64,000 nucleotides of DNA from a virus: the IMG/VR virus record IMGVR_UViG_3300008516_000159, one strand, 5' to 3'. Every line of letters starts with the position of its first letter. The stretch's first letter is position 1. A program made the position numbers and the translations under genes. The notes under the pieces are model-generated. The model did not search any database, had not been told where the DNA came from, and was given only the letters and a program-made list of their open reading frames with translations. Of the stretch, positions 53,256 through 61,403 are shown piece by piece.

Positions 53256-53447
53256 ATCCTTTTCCTTTTGTGTGTATTATTATCTTGGCTCTTTTTTGTC
53301 TTCGCTCTTAAAAATCAGATCAAGCAACGGGTCAAGATATGCTGCCAAACCACACAATGCTACAAATATTAATCCGACGCCAATCATTTGTATTTATCGA
53401 CCTTAGATATTTTCTCATTGCCCTTTTCAAGGTTATACTCACGGACA

Positions 53448-53822
53448 CTACATCGCACCGCCAGTAAGATACTTATTAGGCTGCCAGACAGTTGTTTTCT
53501 GTCTGAATATATTTTTGAGTATAGTCTTGCCGCGACTATAAAAATATTGCCTTAGGAACTTAAAAGCTTTTTCATAATCTTCCAGGGTCTTGAACGGTTC
53601 TCCATGTTCAATTGGCGCTGGCATATTCGATCTTCTGGCTGCAAATGTATGCTTGCGAATGTAACCTGAGCTGGGTGTAATATAAAACCTGGATTCCATT
53701 ATTAATGTTTCGAATGTAAAAGAACCGCGACCTCTGGTCGCCTTGGGTGTAACATCACGGAAACCAGCGTCAATCAAAAGCTTATATTGCTTGCTGTTTT
53801 TAGCATCTTCATATATGCCCAT
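53448..53822 (-). CDS. Hypothetical protein, possible virion protein
   Basis: 124 aa; follows ncRNA terminator. Confidence 0.7.
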   Translation of the reverse strand: MGIYEDAKNSKQYKLLIDAGFRDVTPKATRGRGSFTFETLIMESRFYITPSSGYIRKHTFAARRSNMPAPIEHGEPFKTLEDYEKAFKFLRQYFYSRGKTILKNIFRQKTTVWQPNKYLTGGAM

Positions 53823-53876
53823 TGCTTATTCCTACCCCTGCTGCTTTCACTTATAACTATCTTCGGTCTTATGAAA

Positions 53877-53908
53877 TAAAAGAGCTGGGTTGGCTAGCAA
53901 CCCAGCCC
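53877..53908 (-). terminator. Intrinsic terminator
   Basis: GGGCUGGGUUG-CUAGC-CAACCCAGCUC followed by UUUU. Confidence 0.85.
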
Positions 53909-54222
53909 GAAATATTGCGACTTAAGAGGCTGCGCTTACGAGATCAATCGGGTTTTCCACCAGATCCCTTTAACTCGCATCCTAAGATGGGGGAAATGTA
54001 CTTCAGTCATCAACCTCAATGAGCCGGCAGGGAGGCGAATACTCACCCGTAGTCAGGTTTTTAATGCCGATATTCAACCGGGGATAGTATGGCCCTCGGC
54101 TGGAAGGGTTCGACTACTTCAGAAAACCAGTCCAAAACCTAATTCTGGATTGCATTTACTAGAAACACAACCAGTCGTATATTGTATCCATGTGCCTTTG
54201 AACCCTGCTATTTAAAAGAACT
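53878..54222 (-). ncRNA. Candidate stand-alone structured ncRNA (about 345 nt)
   Basis: Between a perfect sigma70 promoter and a strong terminator; no sense ORF; long-range GCAGGG..AGGC / GCCU.CCCUGC. Confidence 0.6.
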
Positions 54223-54228
54223 AATTAC

Positions 54229-54257
54229 ATTATATCAGCACATATGCGTTTTGTAAA
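54229..54257 (-). promoter_or_regulatory. sigma70-type promoter
   Basis: TTTACA-N17-TATAAT. Confidence 0.8.
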
Positions 54258-54265
54258 GCTTTTTT

Positions 54266-54469
54266 TTATTTTTCTTCGGAAAGGACAACCTTTTCAAGCT
54301 CTGTGATAAGCTTTTTTATTGTTTCATGTGCCTTTGAACACGCGCAAGCGATTACGTGCGGCGCGCCAGCGCCATGACCAACGCACGATGCGTGTTTCCA
54401 AAGAGTGTCAATGGCGGTCAAATAAAGCTCTACTTTTTCTTTATCTTCAACTTTTACCATTTTTATCAC
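54266..54469 (-). CDS. Hypothetical protein
   Basis: RBS gaggtgagg. Confidence 0.65.
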   Translation of the reverse strand: MIKMVKVEDKEKVELYLTAIDTLWKHASCVGHGAGAPHVIACACSKAHETIKKLITELEKVVLSEEK

Positions 54470-54492
54470 CTCACCTCAATATATATGTTTTG

Positions 54493-54567
54493 AGCCCGCG
54501 GCCGGATTCGAACCGACACACCCCTGTTTACGGGACAGGACTCTGACCGAGTTTGAGCTACGCGGGC
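54493..54567 (-). tRNA. tRNA-Thr(CGU), C33
   Basis: Loop CC-CGU-AA, U73. Confidence 0.87.
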
Positions 54568-54577
54568 TTGAATGTAT

Positions 54578-54988
54578 TTACTTATCGGCTTCGGCAAATC
54601 TCTTTTCATTTTCCTTTCTTATCCTTTCCATTGTCTTTTTCCATTTCCTTTTTTTTACCTCATCAGGATCGTTTTTTTTGCCTTTGCCAACTAATTTCAT
54701 GATTTCAGTCAAGTGCTCAGTTTCGTCCTTAATGGAGCCTTCCAGATATTGTATCTTAAATTCAATATCTTCACACTTTTTTGCGATTTTAGAATCTGGC
54801 ACCCGTTTTGTGTTAATTATTTCCCATTCAATTTTTCTGAATTTATCAGACCACGAATGTCCATCCGCCTTTGTGTCTACATGTAATTCTTTTATTTCTT
54901 CAGTATCTACCTTGTCGGCATAAAGAGGGATGTATTCCCAGTCAGAGCATCCCCATGCCCAAGTGCTTCTCATCTTGAGCCATTTCAT
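54578..54988 (-). CDS. Hypothetical protein
   Basis: Start MKWLK with RBS ggaggag. Confidence 0.7.
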   Translation of the reverse strand: MKWLKMRSTWAWGCSDWEYIPLYADKVDTEEIKELHVDTKADGHSWSDKFRKIEWEIINTKRVPDSKIAKKCEDIEFKIQYLEGSIKDETEHLTEIMKLVGKGKKNDPDEVKKRKWKKTMERIRKENEKRFAEADK

Positions 54989-55035
54989 ATTTACTCCTCC
55001 AATCAATATTAATAGCAGACAGACAGAATTAACTG

Positions 55036-55368
55036 TTATAATCTCTCGATCGTCTTGCCAGAATCATTCAACAAATACGCTTCTTGAACAGCAAGCACTC
55101 TCGTATCGCCAGAATTAAGAAAAAGATATAAGATGCTAACATATTCAGAATCTTCATTTGACAATTGAACCTGCTGACATTCATAAACAGGATATTCACC
55201 TGGTATCTCTTCGCAAGAACTTCTACCTCGTGGAACGTAAATAAGAGGAAAAACCTTACCATCCTTCATTATTCCAGAAGTAGTACTGATTTCATGAATA
55301 TCCTCTATGAATCTCCAAGTAGTTGAGCGCTCACCCAACAAATTTGTACTTTTTACTTTAAGTATCAT
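55036..55368 (-). CDS. Conserved phage hypothetical protein
   Basis: Tail AYLLNDSGKTIERL. Confidence 0.75.
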   Translation of the reverse strand: MILKVKSTNLLGERSTTWRFIEDIHEISTTSGIMKDGKVFPLIYVPRGRSSCEEIPGEYPVYECQQVQLSNEDSEYVSILYLFLNSGDTRVLAVQEAYLLNDSGKTIERL

Positions 55369-55431
55369 AATCTTCCTTCCTTTCTATCTATTTTCTACCT
55401 GTCTGCTTGTTTGTTGTATACATATGTTATG

Positions 55432-55504
55432 AGCTGACGCCGGGAATCGAACCCGGGACCTGCTGATTACCGATCAGCTGCGCTACCGCCTGTGCCACGT
55501 CAGC
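55432..55504 (-). tRNA. tRNA-Thr(GGU), C33
   Basis: Loop UC-GGU-AA, U73. Confidence 0.88.
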
Positions 55505-55762
55505 TTAGTTCATTTTATGTTTTTCATTTAAGCTCTTTCGAATAGCCAGGTACTTTACCCGGGCCATGACAAAAAACATCGCGACGATACAGAGAGTTAA
55601 TACTACAATTAGACTATAGAAAGTAACCTCTATGTTCTTTGCGCTAGCCAGAAAAAAGTTGGCAATCAAAAGTGGCGAAGCACCCAACAACAACCATCCA
55701 AATCTACATTTTCGATTGTCATACCACGCATTCAACCTGTACTGCCATTTTGATATTCTCAT
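55505..55762 (-). CDS. Small membrane protein
   Basis: Two TM segments; paralog-like to 58228..58467. Confidence 0.7.
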   Translation of the reverse strand: MRISKWQYRLNAWYDNRKCRFGWLLLGASPLLIANFFLASAKNIEVTFYSLIVVLTLCIVAMFFVMARVKYLAIRKSLNEKHKMN

Positions 55763-55767
55763 TTTAA

Positions 55768-55980
55768 TTAAACTTCATTCAATTGAAACCTTTTAAAGAG
55801 ATTCTCGTCAGTAATCCCAATAGACCGGCAAAACTCCATATTATGCAATTTTTCGGTCGCTTCTTCTACAGTATCCGCCTCAACGGTTATTACTGTTTTT
55901 GGCTCCACAACACCGTTTTTAAAAGCAATCGCATATGATCCTGACGAATCCGGATTCTCAAAAAGAATGGCGTATCTCAC
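55768..55980 (-). CDS. Hypothetical protein
   Basis: RBS aggagg, GTG start. Confidence 0.65.
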   Translation of the reverse strand: MRYAILFENPDSSGSYAIAFKNGVVEPKTVITVEADTVEEATEKLHNMEFCRSIGITDENLFKRFQLNEV

Positions 55981-56062
55981 AGCTGGACCTCCTTTTAAAG
56001 CTATTTGTTCTTAGTAACGGCAAGCGTTACGTTTTTTAACTCCCAATCGTTCATTTATGTGG

Positions 56063-56191
56063 TTATTCAGTATAATCCCACGGCCATCCTATAAAGCCCT
56101 TGCCTTTAATGCAATGACCGATTAAACACCCAATGCCAGTACAAAACAATAGACCTATATAAATGATCATACCTATTTCCCACCATTCCAT
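56063..56191 (-). CDS. Small membrane peptide
   Basis: MEWWEIGMIIYIGLLFCTGIGCLIG. Confidence 0.5.
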   Translation of the reverse strand: MEWWEIGMIIYIGLLFCTGIGCLIGHCIKGKGFIGWPWDYTE

Positions 56192-56205
56192 TTTATCACT
56201 CCTAA

Positions 56206-56448
56206 TCAATCCTCTAAAATGTGCTGGTGCCAGATTGCGAAACACAAATCGCGGCGAATCGGCCCATTGGAGTGTGGCACCATCCAACGGATACTATCCA
56301 ATTTACAGTCCTCGCAATCTTGCCAATTAAAATCTTTGATATCATTATAGCGATTTAAATGCTTACAACGAGCTCTTATCGCCGCTTTCAAGAGCTGGTC
56401 CATTTCACTATCTTTTTTTAAGAACATTTGAGGCTTTCGCTTCATCAT
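56206..56448 (-). CDS. Cys-rich hypothetical protein
   Basis: CKH, CEDC, CF; true start uncertain. Confidence 0.55.
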   Translation of the reverse strand: MMKRKPQMFLKKDSEMDQLLKAAIRARCKHLNRYNDIKDFNWQDCEDCKLDSIRWMVPHSNGPIRRDLCFAIWHQHILED

Positions 56449-58246
56449 ACCACCATGTATCTATGAAACCCAGAGCATATTTGGGTTGTACTTTAGGCCG
56501 ACCAAACATATCCCAATATGACACTCTATAAACAGTAATGTGCCAGTGAGGTATCACATAATGTCCCCACAAAAGCACCCTGTCTAGCGCGCGGCAAGCC
56601 GTGATAAGCTCTTCTCTTGTCTTAGCGTGGATAACCTTTTCGATCAAACCATCTACCACGGGATCCTCGATACCAATGTAGTTCCCGGAACCGGACAAAT
56701 TTGCTGTATATGAACCCCACATGTTTCTCTGTTCGTTACCTGGAGAATTGCTTTGACCCCAACTACCAACTATCATGTCGAAATCGAAAGCATTTAGCCT
56801 ATTTATATATTGAGAACTATCTACCAATCTAATCTCCATCTCGATACCAACTTTTTCCAGGTTTTGTCTGAACGGCATGCTGATTCTTTCGAAACCAGGA
56901 CTAACCAGGAGGATCTCGAACTTGAACTGTTTTCCATCTTTCATAAGACGGTTTTTATCGTCCAGCACCCAACCGGCCTCTTGTAGTAAAGTCATGGCAT
57001 TTTCGAAATTGTTTCTCATATTTTTTGCGCCGCCAGTAGGAGAACTATATTCTGTTGTGAACACCTCATCTGGTAACTGATCCCTATAAGGCTCTAATAA
57101 CTTTAATTCAGACCTGCTTGGTAAATTGTAACTGGCCAATTCTGAATTAGAGAAATAGCTATGAGTTCTTTCATAGGCACCGTAGAACAACGCCTCGTTT
57201 GTCCACTCGAAGTCAAACAGATATGTCAAAGCCAATCTTACCCGCTTGTCCTTGAACAGGTCGCGACGAATATTGAAAGCGAACGATTGCATGCCTGTTG
57301 GATTTCCATTGGGTAGCTCTTCTTTTATTATGTAGCCTTTCTTGAACATCTTTCCTTCATAGGCTGTTGCCCACACTTTCGAAGTGTTCTCCATTCTGAA
57401 ATCGTATTCGCCAGATTTAAAGGCTTCGACAACCACGGTCTCATCACGGTAATATTCGTATGTTATTGTATCAAAATTGAATGTCCCTTTTCTAACAGGA
57501 ATATTCTCGCCCCAGTAATCTGTCACCCTCTCATATGTAATAGAGCGGCCGGCATTTAACATCAACACCCTGTAAGGGCCGCTTCCAACAGGAAAATCAA
57601 GACTAGTCTTGTCAAACTCGTGCTCGGTGAAATACTTTTTCTGGATAATAGATATCTGACCCATTATCAAGGGAAGCTCTCTGTTTACTTCTCCCTTTTT
57701 GAAGATGAATTTAACCTTGCGATCATTTATTTTAACAGCCTCATTTACGCTAGCGTAGTACATACGGTAAAACGGAGATGCCTTTTTTGACATAAGCATC
57801 TCAAAAGAGAATATAACATCATCAGCAGTGACCGACGTACCGTCGTGCCAACGGGCTTCCTCTCTTAGAGTAAACGCAACCCAGGAGCCGTCCTTGGGGA
57901 CCTCGATGCTTTCGGCCAATAATCCATATACTGAAAATGGCTCGTCATCGGCATTTACAGTCAATGTTTCATATATCAGACCAATACCGGCGGCGGAGTT
58001 GCCCCTTAGGATGAATGGATTGAGGCTGTCAAAAGTGCCGACCGCGGCTAAAGTAATGTCGCCTCCCTTGGGTGCATCTGGATTTACATATTCGAAATGT
58101 TTAAAATCTGCAGGATACTTAAGATCGCCATGCATGGCAAGACCGTGACTTTCGCCGGCGAATATAGGCATGGCGCTCAATAAAAACGCCAAAAAACCAA
58201 CGATACATAATGTTTTCATATTTTCCCTCATCTTTTCTTGCTCCAA
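56408..58246 (-). CDS. ABC transporter peptide-binding protein, YejA-like
   Basis: HGLAMHGDLKYPADFKHFEYVNPDAPKGG, TFDSLNPFI, LREEARWHDG, GSGPY, ALDRVLLWGHYVIPHW. Confidence 0.93.
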   Translation of the reverse strand: MEQEKMRENMKTLCIVGFLAFLLSAMPIFAGESHGLAMHGDLKYPADFKHFEYVNPDAPKGGDITLAAVGTFDSLNPFILRGNSAAGIGLIYETLTVNADDEPFSVYGLLAESIEVPKDGSWVAFTLREEARWHDGTSVTADDVIFSFEMLMSKKASPFYRMYYASVNEAVKINDRKVKFIFKKGEVNRELPLIMGQISIIQKKYFTEHEFDKTSLDFPVGSGPYRVLMLNAGRSITYERVTDYWGENIPVRKGTFNFDTITYEYYRDETVVVEAFKSGEYDFRMENTSKVWATAYEGKMFKKGYIIKEELPNGNPTGMQSFAFNIRRDLFKDKRVRLALTYLFDFEWTNEALFYGAYERTHSYFSNSELASYNLPSRSELKLLEPYRDQLPDEVFTTEYSSPTGGAKNMRNNFENAMTLLQEAGWVLDDKNRLMKDGKQFKFEILLVSPGFERISMPFRQNLEKVGIEMEIRLVDSSQYINRLNAFDFDMIVGSWGQSNSPGNEQRNMWGSYTANLSGSGNYIGIEDPVVDGLIEKVIHAKTREELITACRALDRVLLWGHYVIPHWHITVYRVSYWDMFGRPKVQPKYALGFIDTWWYDEAKASNVLKKR

Positions 58247-58467
58247 TGGTTAACTCGTGAAACACTAAACACAATGGAGCCAAGACATAATATTAACACC
58301 ACAAAACAACAAAAAGGATCTACGCTGTTGAACCTTGCTTCAATATTTAATATGACGAACACGATCAACCATGGGAAAAACAAAAGGAGTGTGTTACAAA
58401 ATTTTCTGTAGCTGCTCAGACCATCGTACCATATGTTATATTTCTGAAAGAATTTTTTAATTGTCAA
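58228..58467 (-). CDS. Small membrane protein
   Basis: Two TM segments. Confidence 0.65.
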   Translation of the reverse strand: MTIKKFFQKYNIWYDGLSSYRKFCNTLLLFFPWLIVFVILNIEARFNSVDPFCCFVVLILCLGSIVFSVSRVNHWSKKR

Positions 58468-58697
58468 CGGTAACTACCTTCATTTGCCGACCAATACAAT
58501 TCTATACCAAGAATTCGAGCTCTTGTGTCCGCACATTCAGGGCAGAGCAGGCCAGCTTCACCTTCTTTGGGTGTTATTATTTTCCATACTTCATCAGGTA
58601 CAAGGTAGACTGTTTCATATGCTTTGCCACAAACCTGACAATGTTCCATAGTACCTAAAGAGTCCTCATCCAAAGTTGTTCCATCCCATTGATCCAT
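58464..58697 (-). CDS. Zn-binding hypothetical protein
   Basis: CQVCG..YLVPDEVW..LCPEC. Confidence 0.7.
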   Translation of the reverse strand: MDQWDGTTLDEDSLGTMEHCQVCGKAYETVYLVPDEVWKIITPKEGEAGLLCPECADTRARILGIELYWSANEGSYR

Positions 58698-58748
58698 CAG
58701 CCTAACAAGTTTTTCCTTCTTGACATTTAGCTAGTTTCATCTAACTAG

Positions 58749-59354
58749 CTACTCATTGTTGTTTTTATCTATTGTCAGATTTTCTTGATCTGTTGTTATT
58801 AAGCTTTCTGTTTCTACTTCTGGCTCTGGCTCCTCTTTTATTATTTCTCTCAATACCCAGTCACCAGTTAATTGCCGGTGTATTTTTATGGATACCTTAT
58901 ACTCGAACCAATTTAGAACAATTTCTTGATATACCATACCCGATTGAGAAATAATATTCTCTTCTGTTTTGTCAGGCAAGCCATACTCTTCCATATAAAG
59001 ATCCACTGACTCTCCTAAAGATTTGCCAGTTAACTTCCTATGAAATTCTATACTAAGATTTTGTTTTTCCCATTCTAAAACAACTGACTGATAAAGTATA
59101 CCTGCGCGCGAAATAATATTTTCTTTAGCGCTATCTGGTAACCCATACTCATCTATGTAGTCTTCAACTAAGTCATTCAATACGTTAGTCTTGATGGCCC
59201 CGCCTTCCATCCGCACCACGATACCTTCACTAACATCGGCGGCTTCTTTCGACACTTCAGGCACTTCAGACCTTTCAGCTGTTCCGCCAGCATAAAGGCT
59301 TGAGAAGGCAAACAGCATTGAAGCTACTATAAAACATACTTTAACAAACTTCAT
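58749..59354 (-). CDS. Exported protein with spirochaete-style signal (SLYAGGTAE)
   Basis: Start MKFVK; internal duplication (YIDEYGLPD / YMEEYGLPD). Confidence 0.7.
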   Translation of the reverse strand: MKFVKVCFIVASMLFAFSSLYAGGTAERSEVPEVSKEAADVSEGIVVRMEGGAIKTNVLNDLVEDYIDEYGLPDSAKENIISRAGILYQSVVLEWEKQNLSIEFHRKLTGKSLGESVDLYMEEYGLPDKTEENIISQSGMVYQEIVLNWFEYKVSIKIHRQLTGDWVLREIIKEEPEPEVETESLITTDQENLTIDKNNNE

Positions 59355-59392
59355 TTTTTTTGTTTCCTCTTTCTTTTGTCGTATATTCCATG

Positions 59393-59465
59393 AGCCGGCG
59401 ACAGGATTCGAACCTGCATCATCCTCATTACAAGTGAGGCGCTCAACCATTGAAGCTACACCGGC
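59393..59465 (-). tRNA. tRNA-Thr(UGU)
   Basis: Loop CU-UGU-AA, U73. Confidence 0.92.
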
Positions 59466-59647
59466 TAATCCAACACCTCTAAAATATCAATATTACCAAC
59501 CCACTCGCCTTTGTTCATTTCAACGACAATCATGTCCGTGTTAGGAATTTGGCGCACCTTTTCAACCTTGCCCCTTATACTGTGTCCGAATGCGCTTTTG
59601 TGTTCAACCGTTTTACCGACCAGCTTGCGAGCCTCTTCTAATGTCAT
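59465..59647 (-). CDS. Small SH3-like protein
   Basis: LVGKTVEH..GKVEKV. Confidence 0.65.
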   Translation of the reverse strand: MTLEEARKLVGKTVEHKSAFGHSIRGKVEKVRQIPNTDMIVVEMNKGEWVGNIDILEVLD

Positions 59648-60006
59648 TCCTCTTCATACCTTTCTGGATTTTCACTAATAGTCACAACCAATTCATTACC
59701 ATCAGTGCTGAACATGTAATATGTCTCGCCGAATTCAGGTTCTATTCTTATATTCAAAGGCTCTTCTGTCTCGTCTAAAGCTCTTAATACAAAAGTAGAA
59801 TGAGGTCCGTATTGAGTAAGATTGTGTGTCACAAAATCATAGGGACCCGTGCTGCTATGCGTGCTATATATAAAACCGGCGACTGTTATTTCACCACACA
59901 TTAACTCCCATCGTCCACTATAACTTACCTGGACTTTGTAGCATTGCGCGAACAGCGGCACGCCAATCAAAAGAAAAATCAATGTAAGAAAAATCAGCTT
60001 TTTCAA
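59644..60006 (-). CDS. Secreted hypothetical protein
   Basis: TTG start, RBS aggagg, signal ending PLFA. Confidence 0.7.
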   Translation of the reverse strand: MKKLIFLTLIFLLIGVPLFAQCYKVQVSYSGRWELMCGEITVAGFIYSTHSSTGPYDFVTHNLTQYGPHSTFVLRALDETEEPLNIRIEPEFGETYYMFSTDGNELVVTISENPERYEEE

Positions 60007-60032
60007 AAAACCTCCTATATATAAAATCGAAA

Positions 60033-60290
60033 AGCAGGTGGGCGTCCAACGGATTATCCTCTTAACGCATTATAATCGGCCATAAGATCAAATAAATCTA
60101 ATCTTTTAATTTTGATTTACTGGTCCTATTATCCATTAATTTTAACGCGGCGTAATGAGAGGTATTTCACCTACTCGCATTTTTCTAGTTACCGCGGCGG
60201 TCTATTCCCATCGCTGTCACTAATGGCCTAGTCTGTCTTTCCAGATTGTCAGCGCGTATCCCTCCTGTTTAAGTTTTAGCGGGACCTGCT
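60033..60290 (-). ncRNA. Candidate structured ncRNA (about 258 nt)
   Basis: Closing AGCAGGU/ACCUGCU; inner CGCUG/CAGCG, UCUG/CAGA, GGCCAU/AUGGCC, GGUCC/GGACC, AGGU-GAAAU-ACCU; no ORF. Confidence 0.55.
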
Positions 60291-60324
60291 CTCCAATTTC
60301 AAAGAACAAATTTGTGCTATTCTT

Positions 60325-60411
60325 CTGTCCCGGCTGGATTCGAACCAGCGTTCACCTTGTAAGGGCCTTTGATTTAACGGACCAACGCTCTACCAGCTGA
60401 GCTACGGGACA
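60325..60411 (-). tRNA. tRNA-Asn(GUU) with long variable arm, C33
   Basis: U1-A72, G73, loop CC-GUU-AA, 19-nt arm containing CCUU-ACA-AGG. Confidence 0.82.
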
Positions 60412-60420
60412 TCAACCAGG

Positions 60421-60687
60421 TTAATCACTGTCATCTAGCATATTCTTTACTGCCTGACTCACAGGGTTTCTTTCGTCTACCAGATCGTGTATATTAATCG
60501 GCGTACCATATTTATCAGTCAACGATTTATATTCCGCGACAAATACCCCATCTTTGATTACGACTGCGCCGCCATAATCTAGATATATACCGTCTGGAAT
60601 AAAGACCTTGTCGCCTATTTTATAAGCATTAAGCTCACATGGGCCAACTTTGAGCTGACAATCTCCATAACAATCATACACTCCCAC
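60421..60687 (-). CDS. Conserved phage hypothetical protein
   Basis: MGVYDCY..QLKVG..IPDGIY. Confidence 0.7.
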   Translation of the reverse strand: MGVYDCYGDCQLKVGPCELNAYKIGDKVFIPDGIYLDYGGAVVIKDGVFVAEYKSLTDKYGTPINIHDLVDERNPVSQAVKNMLDDSD

Positions 60688-60929
60688 TACTCTACCTCCT
60701 TCGGTAAATCCAGGGTTCCCAAGAGTTTTTGGGCAACAACTCGCGAGATTTGGACCTTACAATGAGGATTTTTCCATTTCTCATCCCTTTTCAAATCAAT
60801 AGCCCCTGGATAATCCGGTGAATATCCATTAGCCATAACTTCTAGGCATTTTGGATCTATTCTTAACTCTGATAATAAATCAAAAACGGCATTTTGTAAA
60901 GCATTATAATCTTTCATATTTACCCCCAT
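60687..60929 (-). CDS. Hypothetical protein
   Basis: Coupled. Confidence 0.65.
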   Translation of the reverse strand: MGVNMKDYNALQNAVFDLLSELRIDPKCLEVMANGYSPDYPGAIDLKRDEKWKNPHCKVQISRVVAQKLLGTLDLPKEVE

Positions 60930-61132
60930 ACAACATCAAACTTCCTTTTACCATCATCAAGTTGCCAATCTTTACAGTATGACAAATCGTTTATTATTAA
61001 AGACTCCAATGGTCCCTTGCCCTTGTCGACCAAAAGGAGACAATAGCCATTTGATGTCTTAAAATTACAAGTTCTGCAAAATTTGTTGGCCAATAATCTT
61101 TTAGCCAGCAAAAATTTCTTTTTCTTTCTCAT
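60920..61132 (-). CDS. KAKxLL/Cys4 small protein
   Basis: LAKRLLANKFCRTC..C..CKDW. Confidence 0.75.
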   Translation of the reverse strand: MRKKKKFLLAKRLLANKFCRTCNFKTSNGYCLLLVDKGKGPLESLIINDLSYCKDWQLDDGKRKFDVVWG

Positions 61133-61403
61133 TCTGCCGCCACCAGGTGTGCCGTCTCGCGCGCCAGCGGGGAGATAGAGTTCGCGCGATGAACTGCTGG
61201 ATGCGGCCGCAGGCCGGTACCCATCGCTCACAATATTTGATCCTGCTAATATCACTACGCCTCACGGTATTTATCTTAAATACGGAACCATGCCCTGTTA
61301 TTCTTAACCAACAATAACCGTTTGATGACGCGTAATCGCAGTTTTGACATCCTCGATTAAGCAGAGCGCCCTTTGCCAGTACTTTCTTTTTCGATTTATT
61401 CAA
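61101..61403 (-). CDS. KAKxLL/Cys4 small protein
   Basis: LAKGALLNRGCQNC..C..CERW. Confidence 0.7.
   Translation of the reverse strand: MNKSKKKVLAKGALLNRGCQNCDYASSNGYCWLRITGHGSVFKINTVRRSDISRIKYCERWVPACGRIQQFIARTLSPRWRARRHTWWRQNEKEKEIFAG

Noticed and set aside
53822-54022. Plus-strand 66-aa ORF
   Set aside because: Antisense to the promoter-terminator unit, no RBS.
54027-54208. Firm 6S RNA call
   Set aside because: Size fits, but the central bubble is strongly asymmetric and orientation cues conflict; kept only as a hypothesis.
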